A stretch of DNA of 64,000 nucleotides from Eledone cirrhosa (Eukaryota). Under the pieces are notes generated by a model, which was not told the origin of the DNA, did no database searches, and worked only from the letters and a program-made list of their open reading frames with translations. The stretch spans positions 49,414,001 through 49,478,000 of the forward strand of contig OZ024747.1 of assembly GCA_964016885.1 (NCBI GenBank), read 5' to 3'. Position numbers and translations under genes: made by a program. Shown one piece after another: positions 15,113 through 37,472 of this stretch (position 1 is its first letter; every line of letters starts with the position of its first letter).

Positions 15113-15384
15113 CATGTATACCTGTGTATATAGATACAGCTTTATTTTATGTACAGTATATATAATATATATATATATATTTATACACCATGTATACCTG
15201 TGTATATAGATACAGCTTTATTTTATGTACAGTATATATAATATATATATATATATATATACACCATGTATACCTGTGTATATAGATACAGCTTTATTTT
15301 ATGTACAGTATATATAATATATATATATATATATACACACCATGTATACCTGTGTATATAGACACAGATCTATTTTATGTACAG

Positions 15385-15428
<44 letters not shown>

Positions 15429-15490
15429 TATAATATATATATACACGTATACCTGTGTATATAGACACAGCTCTATTTTATGTACAGTAT
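12165..15490. repeat. Composite tandem repeat: about 58-bp core (acaccatgtatacctgtgtatatagatacagct...tgtacagtatatataat) plus variable (TA)n, split by an RTE insertion
   Basis: Units at 12165-12290 and 14085-15490; one inverted unit at about 14770-14835; degenerate units at 15905-16030. Confidence 0.9.
12290..14084 (-). mobile_element. 5'-truncated RTE-clade LINE with intact RT C-terminal frame, 3' UTR and (TGA)n tail
   Basis: ORF 12639-14045 has QFGF..GKST, DLEKAFD, GVHQGSVLSP, YADD, YLG and RLRWYGHV; catcatcatc tail at 12291. Confidence 0.93.
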
Positions 15491-15514
15491 ATTATCTGCA
15501 TGATGTGGAAAATA

Positions 15515-15815
15515 TTCCAGCAGCATTGCCAAATAATGTTAGCATCATCTTTACAGTACACCCAAGGCTCGAGCCCTGTGCTATCCGCCCACAACAAAAT
15601 CAAACTCGCATCTTATAACTACAATACAACACAATTATTTCACCTCAATTGGCCCTGCTCTCTTTAACATTACACCAAAACATACTAAAACGGAAACAGG
15701 CCCCATAAAGTTCAAAAAGTCTTTGGACAAATTCCATCCCAAATAAACCTCCTACACCTGGATATGTCTCCGTAAACAATAACTCTCTATAAGCAATACT
15801 TGAGTGGGCCATAGT
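15515..15815 (+). mobile_element. Degenerate CR1-like LINE 3' fragment
   Basis: Broken frames give HPRL..., GPALFNITPK, KFKKSLDKF and PPTPGYVSVNNNS, typical of CR1-group ORF2 ends. Confidence 0.55.
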
Positions 15816-15933
15816 GTCCAAATCCTGATTCGAAAGACTTCACCAGGTGGTGCTATTAAGTTAGACATGACCTGGGCCAATACTAGCCAAAACTTATGAA
15901 AGTTATATAGACACAGCTCTATTTTACATGCAG

Positions 15934-15964
<31 letters not shown>

Positions 15965-16106
15965 CCATGTATACTTGTGTATATAGACACAACTTCATTT
16001 GATATACAGTATATATAATATATATATTTTGGATTGTGGCTTTGTATATCCAGTAGATAAGTCAGCACTCCATTTTACAGTACCATAGATTTTAGATTGA
16101 GGTGCT

Positions 16107-16275
16107 GCAGGTAGATAGATCACATGCTGATTCTTCAGGTATTTTACAGGTAGATAGATCACATGCTGATTCTTCAGGTATTTTACAGTTAGATAGATCG
16201 CATGTTGATTCTTCAGGTATTTTACATGTAGATAGATCACATCCTGGATCTTCAGGTATTTTACATTTAGAGAGA
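16107..16275. repeat. 39-bp tandem repeat, about 4.5 copies
   Basis: Unit caggtagatagatcacatgctgattcttcaggtatttta; 13-aa period in ORF 15995-16285. Confidence 0.85.
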
Positions 16276-16340
16276 TGACAAGCAATTATCATGGTTAACT
16301 AACCAAATCTAAGACATATCTTTATTCTACTATATTCCAG

Positions 16341-16739
16341 TGTCTCCATGCATGGGAAGATGCCATCCGTAGAATTCAAGCCAACTCCGAAATAACAAAA
16401 CCTACCTGTGATCAGATTCAGACAATTGCAGAAGTAAGTGATTCTATATCACCACAACTGACCCCATCTCATGTGATGTCAGTGGACACAGATGGTGATA
16501 CAGGTGCTGATGCAGGTGCTGATACAGGTGCTGATACAGGTGCTGATACAGGTGCTGATACAGGTGCTGATACAGGTGCTGAGGCAGCATGTGTTGATGC
16601 TGATGCCGATGGGGATCACCCAGCCGTTCCTCCGCTTCCTCCCAAACAGGACTACGAAGGAAGTGTGAAAGGAGACGGGGGGGACACCTCCACTACCAAC
16701 AACACCGGCAACAACAACAACAACAGAAGCAGTACATGA
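16341..16739 (+). CDS. SNX30: SNX30-like terminal coding exon with a low-complexity tail
   Basis: tattccag acceptor. Phase 0 gives CLHAWEDAIRRIQ (cf. SNX30 YEKCLMAWE), in frame with ORF 16473-16739 up to TGA. Confidence 0.8.
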   Translation, partial: CLHAWEDAIRRIQANSEITKPTCDQIQTIAEVSDSISPQLTPSHVMSVDTDGDTGADAGADTGADTGADTGADTGADTGAEAACVDADADGDHPAVPPLPPKQDYEGSVKGDGGDTSTTNNTGNNNNNRSST

Positions 16740-16897
16740 AAGTCAACAGGAGAAAAATAATAATGATAACCATTGATCATTTTTACTATTTAAATTATTC
16801 CATCATTGTCTCCATTTCATCCTCCCATCACCACCACCACCACCCTTATTTTCTCTGATCCTATGAAAGGGTCAAAATTACAGGTGATCCTGTTCTC

Positions 16898-16978
<81 letters not shown>

Positions 16979-17071
16979 CACATACATGCACACATACAGA
17001 TAATGTTGGGTTGAACATTTATAGGTATATAAATGACATTTACTGATGTGACATCATACTTGTGGTAGTGG

Positions 17072-17121
<50 letters not shown>

Positions 17122-17194
17122 GGTTAACTAATGGCCATCTGGCCAACATCTGGATGACTAGCCACCATTGACATGACTCTGCGATCAGTCAGCC

Positions 17195-17225
<31 letters not shown>

Positions 17226-17979
17226 AGCCCCCTAGGACCAACAATAGCTGTTGATGATGAAATTAATTCAATGCAATATAAATTAACTATTTATGAAACA
17301 AGGCTGGGATATTTTAAGATATCTACTCCCCTGCCAACACATCCCCCACTGCTAACATCACCAACATCATTATCATAATTAACATGTATATTATCTGATG
17401 TGTTCAGTATATTTTGTGATGTACACACCATGATCTCATTATAGCTTTAGTGACCAGCAGCAGTACATTTGAAGGTGTAATACATGTTTTGGTTGTTATA
17501 TATAGTGTGAGCGTGTGTGTGTGTGTGTATGTATAGTGTGAAATAATACTATAGTGTTTGCAGTCTACAAACTTGTTTAAATTAATTTTGTGATTGTGTA
17601 AGTATATATACACACACTGATCTCTGTTCTTTCTATATGTCACTGATAATTCTAATTTGTGTAGTAGTGCTGGGTGTACACACTTCTTTACACAGTCTCG
17701 AATGCAGTAAGTGGATCTGTGCGAGACATGATTTTGTTTCTGCATTGTTTTGCTTTTTCTTTTTTTAATTGTATGGAGAGGACGGTCATTCTCCCACCTC
17801 CACCCCATAACTCTAAGAAGGGATATTACCCCACCCCTACCCCATAATTCTGAGGGGCATTGCCCCACCTCCACACCATAACCCCGAGGCAGGACATGGG
17901 GGTTGGGAAAATTGATTTTTTTTTTTTCTTTTTTTTTTCTTCATTAATTTTGAGATGAGGGTGAACACATGCTATGCTC

Positions 17980-25174
<7,195 letters not shown>

Positions 25175-25374
25175 GTATTAGTTATACTATTTATGGTTAT
25201 GTAAACACAAAACCTTAAGCAGTTGTAAGTATTTTACACACACCCTAAATAGTGGTAGGCAGTAATGTATTACTACCTTATTACCAGTAAGTTAAGTAGC
25301 TCAATGTAAAAACATCAGATGATTTACAGAGCAGTTATATGAAATATAAGAATCAAAGAACTGTTCAAAACATT

Positions 25375-25427
25375 ATTGTGCTTACAGCTGTTTCCTCCAA
25401 ACCGAGGTTTGGATTCTTCGGAGCAAT
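25375..25427 (-). ncRNA. Type I hammerhead ribozyme, variant core (inverted copy)
   Basis: Reverse complement of 26752-26804. Confidence 0.6.
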
Positions 25428-26751
25428 TTATTAATGCATGGACAGTTATATGACCTCCTTTTCAGCCGAGAGACATACCAATACATATTCAAACATTGAT
25501 ACATATTCAAACATTGTGGGTCAACATTCATTACAAAATTTAGAGTGGCAGTACACACTTCGAGATTACATTTATATTAATAGGTACAATCAAAAATCAA
25601 AGATATAGGTTAAAGTACAACATGAAGATAAGTGGTTATATAGTGCAAATGTTATATGTGTGGCACGCATGTGCGTCTTGTTTATATAGTGTGGCAGAGA
25701 GGGGTCGCGAGGACTGCGGATTGACCTTTGGCCTGCCTGGGGACGATTATCTTTCGACATCCAATGTAGCAAGCGATGACCCAGATCTTACCAGAGATCA
25801 TTGGGTCCTGAAGCAATCCTGCAATCACCGCGCCTGGTCATATGAGCAGACTACAACCACAGAGATCATTAATTTAGAATCCTCGCTCATCATCTATAAT
25901 TTCCATTTGTAGCACCTTAAGATGGGTTAATCCACCTTAATAATAATATGATCACCTTCAGCATAATTTAGTTAAACTACTCTATAGTTAGTGCACTTTA
26001 TGCTTTAAAAGTCTCTCTTGGAAGGTGCACCTCACCATAGAATTTAGGGTCCATATTGGGACACATTTTAATGGCTAGATATAGAAACCCCAGAGTTACC
26101 TCCCCGCATGCATTAACTCCCCTTAGCCACACACACACTTCCGGTATTCAATGGCGTCTCTCGAAACGTAACAACCTCCTGTATCGAACTAAAGAACACC
26201 AGACTACGATCTCTAACTGGATTGTCGTGGATTATGTGAAAGGCATATAATCGAAATATACACTCCCTTGACCATGAAAATGCCGAAGTACATGAATTAC
26301 TTGACATCCCTGCGTTGTGCATCTCCAATACTTATAACACTTTTAATGCTTGCACTATCTTTAATACTTATAATATTTCTCCACACACAGACTACATCAA
26401 TCATATAAAGACTTTGCCACCAGATCTACCAACCTAACACTCTTATTTACCTACCTAAGTGCCTCTACCACACATATCTCTCTGCCACACTATATAAACA
26501 AGACGCACATGCGTGCCACACATATAACATTTGCACTATATAACCACTTATCTTCATGTTGTACTTTAACCTATATCTTTGATTTTTGATTGTACCTATT
26601 AATATAAATGTAATCTCGAAGTGTGTACTGCCACTCTAAATTTTGTAATGAATGTTGACCCACAATGTTTGAATATGTATCAATGTTTGAATATGTATTG
26701 GTATGTCTCTCGGCTGAAAAGGAGGTCATATAACTGTCCATGCATTAATAA

Positions 26752-26804
26752 ATTGCTCCGAAGAATCCAAACCTCGGTTTGGAGGAAACAGCTGTAAGCA
26801 CAAT
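26752..26804 (+). ncRNA. Type I hammerhead ribozyme, variant core
   Basis: tgct-CCGAAGA-a-tccaaacc/tc/ggtttgga-g-GAAA-cagctg-TA-agca; palindromic helix III; U4C deviation from consensus. Confidence 0.6.
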
Positions 26805-26843
26805 AATGTTTTGAACAGTTCTTTGATTCTTATATTTCATATA

Positions 26844-28125
<1,282 letters not shown>

Positions 28126-28461
28126 ATGTTGTTTACATATAAGCTGGTCATTTAGCTTTCTATTTCAGATGGAAATTGTCGTCAGGGATTATTTAACCCA
28201 GCTCAGCCAGAATCTGAGAGGTTTGATACTTCGTAGCAGCTGCTCAGCACTTTTTTCCATCTAACGGAGTATTTTACCTCATTTTCTAAGTTTTTATTTA
28301 TAACAATCAACTGTGATTAGTTATTTTTTCTCCATTTGGGATTTCTTCATTTTCCAAGAATATATGCATGTTACAATATGTATATATATACATGTTCTAA
28401 GAATACACACACACCTTCTAAGAATATATACATGTTGCAATATTGTTGCAATATGTATATA

Positions 28462-29770
28462 CGAGGGGGGATCAAAAAGTTCGCGGAATTTTATCGTAGT
28501 AAGAAAAAAATAGGTTAAAACAATATTAAACATGTCAGAACATTGTCACTGGGTGTTTACCTTGCTATTAGTCACTTGCAGTCAGTCATGCGCGGACTAT
28601 TGTACAGTACTGACACTCTCTAAAAAACCTCTTTTTGGAACAATGGAAAATAGTTATTTTGAGATAAGATCGAATATCAAGTTTCTGGTGAAACTCAAAT
28701 AGAAAGTGACACAGATTATGGAGGCTTTAGTTAAAGTTTACGGTACTACTGCTCCAAAGAAAACTGCTGTCTACAAGTGGATTCATCGATTCAAACAAGG
28801 GAGACAACCTTGAAGACAACCATCGCAGTGGAAGACTAGGAACATCAAAAAATGACCAAACGTTGAGGCTGCTCAGACTTTAATTGAAAAAGATCGAAGA
28901 ATAACAATTAATCAGTTAGCTAAGTCCCTAGACATTTCATATGGTTCGGCAAATTCAATTCTGCACAATAATTTGGGACTAAGCAAGCTTTCAGTGTGAT
29001 GGGTCCCAAAAGCGTTGCGCCCTGATCAGCTGATTCTTCGATGTGATCTGTCTTTGGCGATGTTAAACAAAATTGAAGTTGATGAAGAACATTTCCTGAC
29101 CAGAATCATCACCGGAGATGAAACCTGGATCTACCAGTCTGATCCTGAATCCAAACAGCAGTCAAAACAGTGGCTTCCACGTGGATCATCGGGGCCAATT
29201 AAGTTCAAATCTCAAAAGTCGGATCAAAAAGTGATGGCCACCATTTTCTGGGATTCAGATGGGGTGATACTAATAGATTATCTTGAAGGTCAAAGAACTG
29301 TGACAGGAGCTTACTCTGCAAATGTTTTAAGGAAACTGAAAGAGGCATTAGTCGAGAAACGAAAAGGGAAACTTCATGGTGGGATCTTGTTTGACCATCA
29401 CAATGCACCAGCGCATTCTGCGCGGGTTGCAAAAGAAGTTCTTCGAGAATTTTGATGGGAAGTGCTTCCTCACTCGCCTTATAGTCCAGATTTAGCCCCA
29501 TCAGACTTTTTCCTCTTTCCAAAACTCAAAGAAATGCTAAAAGGAACCCGTTTTAGTGGTGTTGAAGAAGCTAAAAACACTGCCAACACATGGCTTCGAA
29601 CAAGGCCTTCAACTTTCTTTAGAGACGGCTGACGGAGTTGGAAGCATCGCTTTGTGAAGTGTATTGACCTGGATGGCAACTATGTAGAAAAATAAATTGA
29701 AGGTAAATCATATTTTTAGAAAAATAGAATATTTTCTGAAAAATTCCGCGAACTTTTTGATTCCCTCTCG
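28462..29770 (+). mobile_element. Full-length mariner (Tc1/mariner DD34D-type) transposon with pseudogenised transposase
   Basis: TIRs cgaggggggatcaaaaagttcgcggaatttt / aaaattccgcgaactttttgattccctctcg, with TA on both sides; about 1.3 kb. Motifs WVPK, TGDETW and PYSPDLAPSDF, with in-frame stops and frameshifts. Confidence 0.95.
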
Positions 29771-29904
29771 TATATGTACATGTACTAAGAATACACACAC
29801 ACCTTCTAAGAATATATACATGTTGCAATATGTATAAATATATACATGTTCTATGAATACACACACACCTAAGAATATATACATGTTGCAATATGTATAT
29901 ATTG

Positions 29905-32900
29905 ATAGAGATGCCTGCTGACTGTAGTAGGTTTTTACTTTGTATTTAGGTAAGGTGGGTCTTCTCTATTACTGAGTACCGCCAAAGGTCTCGGTCCAGT
30001 GACATTGTCTTGGAGAGGTGTAAGCGTGTGAGATCGGAATTTATCAGCTCGTCCCATGTTTTTCTGGGTCTGCCTACTCCATGGCTACCGTCTATCTTTA
30101 TTGCCCTGCACTTTGTTATACAGCTGTCGTCTTTCATGCGCATCACGTGACCGTACCAACGTAGCCTTCTCTCGAGTAAACAACATCTGATCCCTCTTAT
30201 TTCTAATTTTTTCCTTAGTTCGTTTATGCTTTGCCGTTCACGTATATTACTATTGCACATCCAGCGGAGCATGCAAGCTTCGTTCCTCTCTAGTCTGCGT
30301 ATATCCTCTGCACACAATGCCCAGGTCTCACTGCCATGCAGCATTGATGTTCGTATGCAGGCATCGTATAACCTGCCTTTCATTTTTAGGGAGAACCCTC
30401 TAGTGGCTAATAGTGGTATAAGCTCTCTGAACTTTTTCCATCCAGTTCTGACTCTAGCTACTGTACTTTCAGAGCACCCTCCCCCACTGCTGATTTTGTC
30501 ACCCAGGTAACGGAAGCTGTCCACTATTTCTATAGAACCCTCTGCGCAGTTGAAGGAGCTAGTATTTTGTGGGCACTTGCTGCTACTTATTGCACCAGAG
30601 CACCGGCCACATGTAAAATCTATGTTCTTAGTTAGCTTACCTGTGATCCCACTACATCTTTTATGCACCCATACTTTGCATTTGGGACATAAAATGGAGT
30701 TTCTACCTACGCCTTTCCTACACACTGAGCATGGCCATTTCCCAGATGGGACTGCCGCCTTATTTTCTTTCCTACAAACTAGGACTTTAGTCTTAGCCAG
30801 GTTAATTTTAAGGCCTTTTGATTCTAGGCCGTGCTTCCATGTTTGGAATTTCTTCTCTAGTTCGGTCATTGATTCAGCTATGAGCATTAGATCATCTGCG
30901 TATAGGAGTTCCCATGGGCAGCCGGTCTTGAACTCCTCTGTTATAGCCTGAAGGGCAATAATAAATAGTAGGGGGCTAAGAACAGAGCCCTGATGGACAC
31001 CAACTTTTACGCTAAACTCTTCACTATATTCGTTGTTTATTCTAACCTTACTGACTGTTTCTTTATACATGGCTTGTATAGCTCTCACAAGCCATTCGTC
31101 AACACCTAGTTTTCTAAGAGACCACACCAGATAATGGAACGGGGGACTCTGTCGAAGGCTTTCTCCAAGTCGACGAAAGCTAAGTATAGGGGTTTACTTT
31201 TAGCTAGGTACTTCTCCTGTAGTTGTCGTACAATGAAAAGAGCGTCTGTGGTACTTTTGCCTGACACAAACCCGAACTGCATTTCATCTAGATCAATTCT
31301 CTCTCTGATTAGTTGCGCTATTACTTTTTCCGTGACCTTCATGACCTGGTCGATTAATTTAATGCCTCTATAGTTACTCCTATCTAGGGCATCTCCTTTT
31401 CCCTTATAGCAGTTAACGATGATGCTGCTACTCCAGTCCTTCGGAACAACCCCATTCTGTACGACTTGGTTAACTATCCGGGTGACCATAGTGTGTCCCA
31501 CCGAACCAGATGCCTTCAGCATCTCAGCAACTATTTCCGAAGGACCAGCCGCCTTACCCGTCTTCATATCTTTGATTGCCTTGCTTATTGTACTACCCTG
31601 GACTAACACTGCTGGTCCCTCTATTGGGTCGATGTGGGGGAGACTGTCTTTCTCCCATTTGTTCTCCTCATTTAGAAGCCTTTTGTAGTGACACTTCCAA
31701 GCTCCCTTCTTATCAGCGTCGGTGATGGCAAGTATGCCATCATCGTTAAGTACACACTTCTCCCCGACAATATCACGGTTTTCCTTGACACATTGCCTGG
31801 CAATCCTGAACACCTCACGTTTTTGGTCCTCGCGTTGTAGAACATGCTTGAACTTTCTTTCCTCTGCTTCCCTTCTTGCGAAGTACACTTGTCTCCTAGC
31901 TTCCCTCCTGGCCACTTGATAGTCTTCTCTACTTCCCCCATCCCGCCATGCTTTCCAAGCCTGCTTTTTGGCCTTAATTGACTCCTCCACCTTACTGTTC
32001 CACCACCATGTTACTCTCCTCCTACCTACAGGCCTGCTCCAGCCACAGACTTCGTCTGCCGCCGTCAGCAGGTTTGCTCTCAGGAATTCCCACTGTTCCT
32101 CTATATTATACGACTCTAATTGCTCGTCCTTACTGTCGAAAGCGTCAAGTAATATGCTTTGAAATTTATTTCTGGCTATGGGGTCCTTTAGCTTCCATAT
32201 TTTTCTCCTGAGGATAGTCCTCTTCCGCTGTCTAGTACGTCTCGTCCTGACTATGAGGTCGCTAATTATCAGTCTATGTTGGGAGGTGAATTCTTCATGG
32301 GGGAGGGATTTAGTGTTAACAACAGACACTCTGTCACGTCTTCTGGTAAGGATATAATCTACCTGGCTTGTGTGTTCCCCCGATCTATAGGTGATCAAGT
32401 GATTGTCTCGTTTTTTGAAGTTAGTGTTACAGATAGTTAAGTTATTTGCGTCGCAGAATTCCAGGATTCTGGAGCCTTCCTCATTTCTAGTACCGAACCC
32501 ATAGCCTCCATGGATTCCGTCATAGCCGTCACAATGTTGTCCAACGTGACCATTTAGGTCGCCTGCAATAACTATATAGTCACTGTCGGTTATTTGGGAG
32601 GTAGCGAGCATCAGTGTCTCGTAGAATCTGTCTTTTATAGCGCCGGGCAGTCCGGATTGTGGTGCGTACGCAGATATTACTGTCACCGTAGTTTTATTGA
32701 GGACAAGTCTTATTTTAATTATTCTGTCGTTCACTCTATTTACGTCTATTATCTTATCTGCCCACTTTTCTGCTACCATGATTCCTACCCCACCCAACCC
32801 ATTGTCATTTCCCACCCAGAAAAGCTTATAGCATCGTTCTTTACCCACGATGAATCTAGCCGACCCTCCCCTCCACCTGGTCTCTTGAATACAACAAACA

Positions 32901-33630
32901 TCGACCTCCTTACGTTCAAGCATTTCTACAACCTCGTTAGAGCGACCCTTTAAGGTGCCTACATTCATGGTACCAACTCTGAAGTTTTGGATTGCGTTTG
33001 GAGGGTGGGAGCGGTGGGGCGCGGGGGGGGGGGTTATGTTAGCCATCCTGGACCAAAACAAGGAGGAGTGCTTGCATTCTCGTCCACGAGGTGAATTTGT
33101 CTTTATCTTTGGCATTGTTGCTGAGCGTCCACATCTTTCTCTCTTCAACTCTCCAGAATTCCGTAGTCCATCCATCATATTGAAAAGCAACCAGTTAAGC
33201 GATAGTATGGGCCTCTGACTTATGATTGGTCCACGTAATAATGGTGGTGCGTGGGGGCGGGTGGGAGGGATGATGGGTTGTTAGCGAGAATGTAAGGTTT
33301 AAGATAAGATCGCCGTATTTTGGGCATAATTTAACAATAAACGAAAATACAAGATTTGTTTTGTTTAAGAAAATATGATAGAGAAAATGCGGTGATAGGG
33401 AAAATATGATTTTTAGAGAAAAAAATATGATATAGTGTGAAATTAGGACATAGAATAGTGATTGAATGAATGGATTCGAATGGAGAGAAGAATCGAGAAA
33501 AAAAATATGATATAGAATGGTGAAAATATGATATAGTGTGAAATTAGGACATAGAATAGTGATTGAATGAGTGGATTCGAATGGAGAGAAGAATCGAGAA
33601 AAATATTTGAACGTTACTTTATACCGCAGG
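29905..33630 (-). mobile_element. Near full-length RTE-clade LINE (AP endonuclease plus RT); single frameshift at about 31125; 3' UTR missing
   Basis: ORF 31106-33190 has APE motifs (TMNVGTL, CIQETRW, YAPQ, GDLNGHVG, VDYIL, SQHRL) and the RT start. ORF 29946-31127 has YADD. A 2-nt insertion is seen relative to the 12.3-14.1 kb copy. The 5' boundary is approximate. Confidence 0.93.
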
Positions 33631-34435
33631 AACAGCCATCCCAGAATTTGTCAATATATGAAGATCTTACAAAATCATGTGTAAATTTCTTCAGCTTTAT
33701 TTTGTATTTTCTACATATTCCAGACAGCAAAGAATAGAAGTGTTATTGAGTTTACAAGAAATATTTCTCAGTATTTCTCCCATAGATTTATATAAACAAG
33801 GTTGTATCTGTTCTGTATAACAGCTTCCTTTAGTCTTTAAATAATGGTGTTGATGAAACAACTGATATAAAAGTGTTTTTTCCTTTTCATATCAGTCTTT
33901 ATATTTATCTAAAAACTTTCCATTGTAACTTCATGAAATTGTGCAAAGTTATGTTCCAAATAGCAGCTTAATACTGAGAAATTTAGTTATATTACTAAAT
34001 CCCTTCAAGGTGTTGAGTGTTTTCAAAATTATTTGAAAATGATGGGTAGTGTCTTTCATTAGAAATGGTTAATGTTGAGGATATGTCTGATGTAACGTGC
34101 TCTTTAATGCCAATGTCCTCTGGTATTATTATAGTCTCAGGTGTTTAGTATTTACAGTAATGTTTTCTAAATGTTGTTGTAGGAAGACTAACACGTATAT
34201 ATATATATACACATGTTCTAAGAATACACACACACCTTCTAAGAATATATACATGTTTTGATAAAAGATGTTGTCTCACTCACATCTTCCAAAATACTTC
34301 AGGGATTTTTGGTCTGGACATCAATTCTCCATTATTATGCCTTGCATCTATGTCCTATACCAATTAATGAACATCCCTGAAAACTGTTTGATGACCCTGT
34401 AAACACAAGAGGTACACCAGGACAATAGGATACTG

Positions 34436-34477
<42 letters not shown>

Positions 34478-34611
34478 CATATCTGTGAAGCTGTACCAAT
34501 GACCCAGGGGACCAGATTGAGTCACAGCTATAATAAAATGTAAATGCATTACTCTCAACACATATCGACTGTACTTTCTCTGCTTACACAACTAAACGTA
34601 TGTGTTATATT

Positions 34612-34642
<31 letters not shown>

Positions 34643-34643
34643 C

Positions 34644-34808
<165 letters not shown>

Positions 34809-34810
34809 TA

Positions 34811-34861
<51 letters not shown>

Positions 34862-35194
34862 TATATATATATATATATATATACATATATAATATATATA
34901 TATACATATATAATATATATATATACATATATAATATATATACATATATATACATATATAATATATATACATATATATACATATATATATATATATATAC
35001 ATGTATTATATATATATATATACATGTATTATATATATATATATACATGTATTATATATATATATACATGTATTATATATATATATACATATATAATATA
35101 TATATATACATATATAATATATATATATACATATATAATATATATACATATATAATATATATACATATATAATATATATACATATATTATATAT

Positions 35195-35226
<32 letters not shown>

Positions 35227-36596
35227 ATATATATATATACATATATAATATATATATATACATATATAATATATATATATATACATATATAATATATATA
35301 TATATACATATATAATATATATATATATACATATATAAATATATATACATATATAATATATATATATATATACATATATAATATATATATATATATATAC
35401 ATATATAATATATATATATATATACATATATAATATATATATATATATATACATATATAATATATATATATATATATACATATATAATATATATATATAT
35501 ATATACATATATAATATATATATATATATACATATATAATATATATATATATATATACATATATAATATATATATATATACATATATAATATAATATATA
35601 TATATATACATATATAATATAATATATATATATATACATATATAATATATATATATATATACATATATAATATATATATATATATATATACATATATAAT
35701 ATATATATATATATATACATATATAATATATATATATATACATATATAATATATATACATATATAATATATATACATATATACATATATAATATATATAC
35801 ATATATAATATATATACATATATAATATATATACATATATACATATATAATATATATACATATATACATATATAATATATATACATATATAATATATATA
35901 CATATATAATATATATACATATATAATATATATATGTATACATATATAATATATATATGTATACATATATAATATATATATATGTATACATATATAATAT
36001 ATATATATATGTATACATATATAATATATATGTATACATATATAATATATATATATATGTATACATATATAATATATATGTATACATATATAATATATAT
36101 ATATATGTATACATATATAATATATATATATATGTATACATATATAATATATATATATATGTATACATATATAATATATATATATATGTATACATATATA
36201 ATATATATATATATGTATACATATATAATATATATATATATGTATACATATATAATATATATATATATGTATACATATATAATATATATATATATATGTA
36301 TACATATATAATATATATATAATATATATATATATGATATATATAATATATATATATATGATATATATAATATATATATATATGATATACATATATGATA
36401 TACATATATGATATACATATATGATATACATATATGATATACATATATGATATACATATATGATATACATATATGATATATATATATGTATATCATATAT
36501 GATATATATATATGTATATCATATATATATATATTATATGTATATCATATATGTATATCATATATATATATATATATTATATGTATATCATATATG

Positions 36597-36628
<32 letters not shown>

Positions 36629-36629
36629 C

Positions 36630-36664
<35 letters not shown>

Positions 36665-36694
36665 CATATATATATATCATATATATATATCATA

Positions 36695-36915
36695 TAAGTG
36701 GGTTGTTAATAAGACAGCGGCCAGCCTACTACAGTAGCAGCAGTCATGGCCATGCAATACTGGCCATGTGGCTGGTGTTAGGAAGGGCATCCAGCCATAG
36801 AAAACCCGCCAGACAGTCCTATACAACCAAGACAACCAATCTTGCCTCAAGTGGGAAAACTCCCGTCCAAATCCATGCAAGCGTGGAATATGGACATTAA
36901 ACGATGATGATGATG
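36695..36915 (+). mobile_element. RTE-tail fragment (SINE or LINE 3' end)
   Basis: ggtgttaggaagggcatccagc...gcaagcgtggaatatggacattaaacgatgatgatg is homologous to the RTE 3' UTR at 12290-12450 (-). Confidence 0.75.
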
Positions 36916-37149
36916 ATATATAATATATATAATATACATATATAATATACATATATAATATATATATATAATATACATATATAATATACATATATAATAC
37001 ACATATATAATATATATAATATACATATATAATATATATAATATACATATATAATACACATATATAATATATATAATATACATATATAATATACATTTAT
37101 AATATATATAATATACATATATAATATACATATATAATATATATTATAT

Positions 37150-37472
37150 CATCATTTCATTTCATTTCATTTTACGTCCACTTTTCCCTGCTTGCAAGGG
37201 TGGGACGGGAACTGATTCTGGCTTGATTTCTTCAGCTGGATGCCCTTCCTAACACCAACCTCATTTACAGTGAGTGCTGGGTACTTTTTTGCCGTGGCAC
37301 CTACACGACCACTTGGAATGATTTGGACCCCAGTCCCTATCATCTGATTTCTACAGCTGAGTAAACTGGAGCAATGTGAAATAAAGTGTCTTGCTGAAGG
37401 AAACAACACATCACCCGGTCTGAGAATTGAACTCACAACCTTTCGATTGCAATGCTCTCACCACTAAGCCAT
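37150..37472 (-). mobile_element. tRNA-derived SINE family B with RTE-like tail
   Basis: Reverse complement of the 59144-59456 copy. Confidence 0.85.

Larger units (their letters stand above)
25175..26843. mobile_element. Penelope-like element remnant with 366-bp inverted pseudo-LTRs
   Basis: 25336-25701 is the reverse complement of 26478-26843. Both arms contain a hammerhead-like motif, and the element is flanked by (TA)n. Confidence 0.7.

Noticed and set aside
15749-15761. ctcctacacctgg shared between the satellite unit and the CR1 fragment
   Set aside because: Only 13 bp with no flanking similarity, which is insufficient to claim the satellite derives from the LINE.
29015-29455. SETMAR or an active domesticated transposase
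   Set aside because: No SET domain; the frame has stops and frameshifts, the second catalytic motif is altered, and TIRs and TA flanks mark it as an ordinary dead mariner.
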